Made by a program: the position numbers and the translations under genes. A DNA stretch of 64,000 nt from Eledone cirrhosa (taxonomy: Eukaryota): assembly GCA_964016885.1 (NCBI GenBank), contig OZ024747.1, positions 79,918,001 through 79,982,000 of the forward strand, written 5' to 3'. The notes beneath the pieces were generated by a model, which saw only the letters and a program-made list of their open reading frames with translations, ran no database searches and was not told the origin of the DNA. Below, piece after piece: positions 56,753-64,000 of this stretch. Every line of letters starts with the position of its first letter. Position 1 is the first letter of the stretch.

Positions 56753-56945
56753 GGGCGTTGGATTGGCAGTATCTGTAGAGGATCGGACGCCATGCTTTGC
56801 AGCAAAGAGTTACGGCCCTTTATGGTCTGAGTTCAAATCCTGCCGAGGTTAACTTTGCCTCTCATCCTTACGGAGTCGATAAAATAAAGTACCAGTAATG
56901 CACTGGGGTAATTGCTGACCTTGTGCCAAAAGTAGAAACAATTAT
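56753..56945 (+). mobile_element. SINE family A copy
   Basis: TTGGCAGTATCTGTAGAG A-box and GAGTTCAAATCCTGCCGAGG B-box; standard body. Confidence 0.8.
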
Positions 56946-57252
56946 TTCAAACAACTACGAAATATGGAGTATTTGAAGTAAGTATTGTTTTGTTGCTATT
57001 AAAGTTGTTTTGGTAGTCTTCACAACTATTTATACAAAATATCCTTAAATTTAACGGTGAAACATATACTATTGAAGTTAAAGCTACCTCTGTGAACTAT
57101 CATACGATGAATATTAGTATAATACACTAACACCCGGGCTTAAATTCTTACTTTACACATGAGGCACACAGTTTTAAAATAATGTTGATCAGAAAATTAC
57201 ATTGCAGATTAAGACTTTATCTTCATACATACATACATTCATTCATACATAC

Positions 57253-59118
57253 AGTTAGCCAAAGTCCCACAACCACTGGTAGCTGCTGTTGAACGTCTGA
57301 CCAAGAACTGGTACACCAATTTGATTCTTAGAGGTGAGAAGGAGCAAGTTAAGACTGATAAGATACATTACCAGAAGGGCATCTTTCAGGGTGATAGCTT
57401 GTCAGTGCTACTCTTCGTTATCTCACTAAATCCACTATCTTACCTACTCAGGAAACAAGGTGGACAAGGAGAAGTGGGTCCAGAAGTATCTCCTATCTTT
57501 TCTTTGTTGATGACTTGAAGTTGTATGGGCCAAATATCAATGACATCAAGAAACAATTGGACCTCATTACACAATTTTCAACAGACATCAAAATGAAATT
57601 TGGTGAGTCCAAGTGTGCATATTTGGCAGTAAAACGTGGAAGAGCTGTGCCCTCCTCTAGAAATCTAGAGATGAACGGCCTGACAATACAACCTCTACAG
57701 TCAGGTGACAACTACAGATATCTTGGACAGGATGAGAATGTCAGATATGATAGGCCCATAAATAAGGAGAGAACCAGAACTGAATACCTCAGAAGAGTAA
57801 AGAAAATATGGTCATCAGAACTGTCAGCGTACAAAAAATTCATTGCCCACAATACTTATGCTGTGCCAATTCTAACGCCAACATTTGGCCTGCTGAACTG
57901 GTCATTGCAAGAACTAAGTGAAATGGATGTTAGAACTCGAAAACTTCTCAGTGTTACTGGGAACTTTAACATCAATGGTAATATGGATAGGCTATACTTC
58001 TCACGCAAGGAAGGTGGCCGGATCCTAAAATCCATATTAACATCATATGAGACCCGGATAGTAACACTGAAGCAACATCGTCAACAGAGGAAAAAGGTTG
58101 GCAACCATCTTGCCCAGGTTTGTGAGCATGAAAAAAAAAGTATCATTAGAATAGCCACTGATCTGGAGGAGAGATATGGAATAAAGCCTGATATAAATCT
58201 CTCACCCAGAGAAATCGGAAGATCCTATTCAATGTTCAAACAAGATGAAAAAATTGACCAATTTACAGAAAAAGTTGTGCATGAATACTTAAGACGTAAA
58301 ACACAGACCATAAGGGGATAAACCACTCAAAAAGCCTGGCATGGGGTTCCGACAAGTTTATGACATCACACCTTGAGGGATATCTCTATGCAATACAGGA
58401 ACAAGAACTCCCTACCAAATATCTGCTACACAAAAGAGGAGGGCCATCAGCTGACAATAAATGTAGGCTATGTAAAACAAAGATCGAGGATGTAAGCCAC
58501 ATTGTTGCCAGCTGCGAAAGAATGTCATCTCGCTACTACCTCCCCATGAGACACGATGGGATAGCTAGAACCATCTGGAACGCACTTCGGAAAACAAAAT
58601 TAAGAACAAACGAGGAAGAATATATTGAGACAGATGGCACTAAGGAATACTGGTGGAACCTGAAAATAAAAACTGCCACCAAATTAAAGCACAACCGGCC
58701 TGATATTGTTGTTTGGGACCACACATTGAAAACGTGTTCTGTTATGGAGATCAGCTGCCCACTTGATGTAAACGTTGTCAGAAAAATACAGGAGAAGGAG
58801 GACATCTACGGACCATTGATGAGGAGTTTACAAATCCAGTATCCAAGATACACCTTTAGCTTCATACCCATCATTATTGGAGCTACGGGTTATATACCAA
58901 CCCGCTTGGACCAAAGTATGACTGAAATTGAATTTGTGGACAAAGACCGCAGCTCCCTAATTCATAGTCTGCAAATGGTTGCGATAGCTGGCACCTTCAA
59001 AATTTGCAAAACATTCTTGCGATTCAAGGGATGACAATTTCTTTTCTTTTACAACCTTTTACAACCAGGAAGGTGGCCGGTCAAAAATATATACTCGAAA
59101 TTAAGAGAAAGAGATAAA
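57253..59118 (+). mobile_element. 5'-truncated RLE-type non-LTR retrotransposon (R4/Dong-like), frameshifted
   Basis: GIFQGDSLS, FVDDLKLY, YRYLG, CRLC..HIVASC, RHD and NRPDIVV..MEISCP..K (PD-D/ExK); frameshifts near 57490 and 58320. Confidence 0.88.
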
Positions 59119-59527
59119 TATACATATATACATATATATATATATACATATATACATACATATATACATATATACATACATATATACATGCATACATACA
59201 TAGATACATATATACTTACATACATATATACATACATAAAAACATACATACATACATATATACATACATATATGCATACATATATACATATATATATATA
59301 CATATATACATACGTACATAAAAACATATATACATATATACATATATACATACATATATACATATATACAAAAAAACATACATATATACATGGTGGCTGC
59401 CAACTCGTTTTCGAGTACGGCCACTACTTTATATCCATGTAGGAGAACCTCTACTGATGCGCTGAACGAGTGTGACTTTTTAGTCCAGCCAGCGACTTGA
59501 AAACTCTGGTACAAACACTACACTTGT

Positions 59528-60025
59528 TATATGTGTGCATGTATGTATATATATACATACTACTGTACGTCTGTATACATATATGTATGTACGTGTACAT
59601 ACTTATATTTAAGTAACAGCCGTACTAAGAGTGGGAAATGAAATTTCGTTTCATTTTTTCCGTTTATCGTTTTCGGTGCACCCGGCCGATTAATCCACTC
59701 GATATGCAAATTGGGCTACTCAGCCGTTAATATGCATAAGGTAAGTATATACGTTCAACAATCTGGCAGGAAGGTATACGTTGCTGACGATAGCTAATAA
59801 GCTCGAAACTAGTACAGCGTTCCTTTGTCAGTGTTGAACAAACGAGCAACGATGGTTGCTAGACACTACGGCTTAATACGGGATGTTTGTTTACAAACAC
59901 ACCGAGCATTATAATAAATGTTCGGTGAATCCATACGTACATATATATATATATGTGTGCATGTATGTATATATATATACATACTACTGTACGTCTGTAT
60001 ACATATATGTATGTACGTGTACATA

Positions 60026-60027
<2 letters not shown>
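59528..60027. mobile_element. HHR island bracketed by ~76-bp direct repeats
   Basis: Repeats 59528-59603 and 59950-60027 enclose unique sequence with an HHR. Confidence 0.65.
59778..59820 (+). ncRNA. Minimal type I hammerhead ribozyme
   Basis: ACGTTG-CTGACGA-TAGCT-AATA-AGCTC-GAAAC-TA-GTA-CAGCGT; palindromic ACTAGT stem III. Confidence 0.8.
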
Positions 60028-60110
<83 letters not shown>

Positions 60111-60210
60111 GTGTGTATGTATATATGTATGTATGTATATATATATATATATACGTGGGAAAGTAAAAAATCGGAGAATAGACCGTTAAAACATGTTTAT
60201 TTAAAATATC

Positions 60211-60247
60211 ACCTACGTACGTTTCGCCCAGTTGGGCTTCTCAAGGG
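60211..60247 (-). ncRNA. Minimal hammerhead (mirror of 62760)
   Basis: Reverse complement of 62760-62797. Confidence 0.65.
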
Positions 60248-60720
60248 CATAAATAATCACAAGTGTTTCTTATATTGCTCGGAAAGAGTTTTGCGGGTTA
60301 AATCCACATCAAGGTTCATTGCTCGCAAAAATATCTTGTTTTGATTTTGCAGCAGGTCAAGGGAGGTAACTCTGGCCGGTGTTAGGGCAGTCTTTCCCGG
60401 ACAATTTTTTTTTTTTTTTTTTTTTTTAGCCGCATCCGTTTGTCTGAGGCTGGGTCTGGTATGCAAGGATTGTTTTCTGGGTGTTATTTTGCAGCGCCTC
60501 ACTCAGAGGCCACACTCCGAGAGTAGGGGGGTGGGGGTGGAACCATAGGACGTTACGGTGGCGATTACGTGTCATTGTACTTTTGCTACAGGTGGTTCCA
60601 TCTAAGTGACAGCTCTTATGTGTGTTAATGCGCAGTCGCCCGTTCGGTGCCCCTTTCACTTTATGCTCGGGTGCACTCTTTCTACCTCTTCCATGTTTAT
60701 GTACACGAAGATGTTGGTTG

Positions 60721-62458
60721 GGATATACCTCCTACATAAGCTTAGGGAAGAAATACCGGCCCTACAACGAGGTGTATATAGGGACGACGCCCTGTTTACC
60801 GTTAGGAACCATAGCCCCCGTAGGATAGAGAACCTTAACAAACATATACACAGGTTCTTTAAGTCATACGGCCTATCCGTAACTATGGACCTCAACCACA
60901 GGGTTGTCAACTTCCTAGACGTGACCCTGGAGTTGAGTACGGGCTTATACAAGCCATACCATAAGCCTGGAGAGTGCCTCTCTTATATTAATTATGCCTC
61001 CAACCACCCTAAGCAGACTCTCAACTCCATTGTCTATAGTATCTCACATAGAATCTCGAGGCTATCCGCCAATGAGGATATCTTCAACCAAGCGGCTGAT
61101 TACTACAATAGGGCCCTGATAAGCGCCGGCTTTAACCGAGGAATTTCCTACATCCCTAACGCTAGCTCTAGAAACCACCCCCCTCATAAAACTAACGTTA
61201 TAGTAAGCAATACCTATAACCGATCACGCGGCGACCTCGTTGAAGTCGGATATAATAGAATAGATAACCGCACCAAAGATCACGTCCCCGGCGACGGTGA
61301 ACACTGTAGATTACTCAAACTATTCCCCTATTACAAAACCAACAAAGGCGACGGCCTACTACCAACGCCTTCCAACCAACATCTTCGTGTACATAAACAT
61401 GGAAGAGGTAGAAAGAGTGCACCCGAGCATAAAGTGAAAGGGGCACCGAACGGGCGACTGCGCATTAACACACATAAGAGCGGTCACTTAGATGGAACCA
61501 CCCGTAGCAAAAGTACAAGGACACGTAATCGCCACCGTAACGTCCTATGGTTCCACCCCCCTACTCTCGGAGTGTGGCCTCCAACATACCCCGGATGTTC
61601 TTCGAAGCCTTAGAGAAGAACTTCCCGCCCAACCATAGGTATAGAAAAATTCTTAATAGGAACAATATAAAAATATCCTTCTCTACTACTCCTAACCTAG
61701 CAGACATCATAGGAACAACGAACCACAGTAATATCACCAAGACACAGCACCTCGACACAGACGCACCTACACCTGACAATAACTATATCGGCCTTAACAA
61801 CTCCCTGGCAGCATCCAATAGTGTTGGCAACGGCATCCGCAGACGCAACCAGAATGACCGCGAAATGACTGGGGAACATGCAGAACATGACGTGCGGAAT
61901 AACAATCGCACCATCCCGCGTGCTGTGGGTTGTAATTGTGCTAACGACAGCTGCGGTAGCGTAGGTAACAACGTAGGCAGCAACAATGATAGCCTTACCG
62001 TGGGAAATAGACGGAACCGCGACAGAAATTGCAACTGCCGCGACAGAGGACGCTGCCCCCTTAGAGGATACTGCTTGACTGATAGGGTTATATATAGATG
62101 CACTATTACTAGCCACAATAGCGTTAAACATTATATAGGGGCCACCTCCGGCCCGTTCAAAATTAGGTTTCGAACACATCTCCACTCTTTCACAAATAGA
62201 AAACTAAGGCACTCCACTTCGCTCGCGGACTACATCACATCACTAAAGGACTTAAACATCAGCTTCTCCACGCACTGGGAGATTGTCGGCAGGGCTGCAC
62301 CGTACAACTTCAAGAGGAAATGCGATCTTTGCCTCATGGAGCTCTACCACATCATAACTGCACCGCACGATCTCATCAACAGCAGAGCTGAAACAGCGAT
62401 AAGTTGTACACATCGCTTAAAAATATCCTTCTTCAGATGGGTTAAGGATGAAGAGTGA
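60721..62458 (+). pseudogene. PLE RT C-terminal half plus GIY-YIG, frameshift in a C-run at ~61560
   Basis: YRDD, VNFLDVTL, YHKP, SNHP, WFHPP/YS, CNCR..CPLRGYCL, VIY..YIGAT..FKIRFRTH and CDLCLME. Confidence 0.88.
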
Positions 62459-62759
62459 AATAGTACACTGGATCTCCCTGCAACAAGTCTTAACACCCCG
62501 GCGGGCAGGAGCTGCAAAATAACACCCAGAAAACAATCCTTGCATACCAGACCCAGCCTCAGACAAACGGATGCGGCAAAAAAAAAAAAAAAAAAAAAAA
62601 ATTTGTCCGGGAAAGACTGCCCTAACACCGGCCAGAGTTACCTCCCTTGACCTGCTGCAAAATCAAAACAAGATATTTTTGCGAGCAATGAACCTTGATG
62701 TGGATTTAACCCCCAAAACTCTTTCCGAGCAATATAAAGAACACTTGTGATTATTTATG

Positions 62760-62797
62760 CCCTTGAGAAGCCCAACTGGGCGAAACGTACGTAGGTG
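62760..62797 (+). ncRNA. Minimal hammerhead, U3-A8 core variant
   Basis: CC-TTGAGAA-GCCCA-AC-TGGGC-GAAAC-GTAC-GTA-GG; palindromic ACGTACGT; short stem I. Confidence 0.65.
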
Positions 62798-63012
62798 ATA
62801 TTTTAAATAAACATGTTTTAACGGTCTATTCTCCGATTTTTTTTACTTTCCCACGTGCTTACGCTCTGCTAACTCTCTAGCCCACTAAATATTAACACTT
62901 CGAATATTTAATACTGCCGGCACTAGTATCGAGCACCTTTGGCATACGCTAATTGGCAAATAACTATATGTATCACCTATCCCCCCTTTTTTTCTCTTTC
63001 TCGATACGTAAA

Positions 63013-63099
<87 letters not shown>

Positions 63100-63877
63100 C
63101 ACACATATGTAGACATAAAAATGTACATACTCACATATTACACACGCACATGCATAACCACACATACACACACACATATATATATACAACGTTTTCTCTG
63201 TTTAGCGTTATTCAAATTAGATTACAGCAACAACAAACAAACAAAAAAAAGAAGAAAAAAAAAAGAATAAGAAAAAGACAAAGAAATCACACCAGATTGA
63301 ATTTCGCTGTGACGATCGTGTCTAACAACAACGACAACAGCACAAATACCTACAACACAGCCACGTCTTTAGCTTCTCTTAGTGTTTCTATTTAAATAAA
63401 AATCTAATTCACAACTATATTATAAAAGCCCAATAGAATTCTATTGGCTATAAGAAGTAGTTAAAAAAAATAACATTAGAATAAAATGCTGTCATAGACA
63501 AACAGCTTTACATGATAAACAACATCGACAAGAAGCATTTTGTATTGCCTTAGGGTTGCAGACGTTCCAGTCGTGACAATCGCGTCTTATTTACATGTGT
63601 AGTATTAAGGAATATGATATCCGAAGCGTCTATTATTTTTTACAAAACGGTATGGTGTCATTTGAGCTTTGTCTACTCTCTTTATCAGCTTCAACTGCTG
63701 CTACCTTGAGGCCCACTGGTTGGTTACAGGTGTGGCTGGCTACATTAGTTCATCCTTGAATGGTATGGTTTGGTAATCAGAGGTCGTGTATAGGGGTTCG
63801 GTTTACGTTTGCTTGGATTCGTGGCTGGCGTTGATTTAATTGGATATACTTACGTTAATGATAATTGTCAGTCTTAG

Positions 63878-63913
<36 letters not shown>

Positions 63914-63959
63914 CGACACATACACACACACTCACACACACATATACACGTACACATAG

Positions 63960-63995
<36 letters not shown>

Positions 63996-64000
63996 AAACA

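Larger units (their letters stand above)
60153..63016 (+). mobile_element. 5'-truncated PLE (second lineage) with an inverted composite arm
   Basis: 60153-60495 is the reverse complement of 62511-62856, and 60506-60721 of 61372-61581; TA-flanked. Confidence 0.9.

Overview
AT-rich, microsatellite-dense eukaryotic DNA. The SINE repertoire and repeat style suggest an octopus/cephalopod genome (inference). I found no host protein-coding gene, and almost all listed ORFs are artefacts of (TA)n, (CA)n and (GA)n repeats. The real content is retroelements. (1) A near-intact Penelope-like element (PLE; RT plus C-terminal GIY-YIG) at ~32734-40648 with ~800-bp direct pseudo-LTRs and a 2.8-kb inverted arm. 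(2) A second-lineage PLE at ~60153-63016 and a related fragment at ~21254-22163. (3) An L1/Tx1-type LINE with two fragments, an R4/Dong-type RLE LINE, RTE and CR1-like 3' ends, and many tRNA-derived SINEs. The most striking signal is non-coding. Read by eye, about 20 hammerhead ribozyme (HHR) motifs lie in short islands between (TA)n tracts. Many islands are palindromes whose two arms have their 3' ends pointing outward into the TA repeat, the same geometry as the large PLEs. One island carries a tRNA-like cloverleaf upstream of an HHR. All folds and coordinates were assigned manually (about +/- a few nt) and need computational and experimental confirmation.
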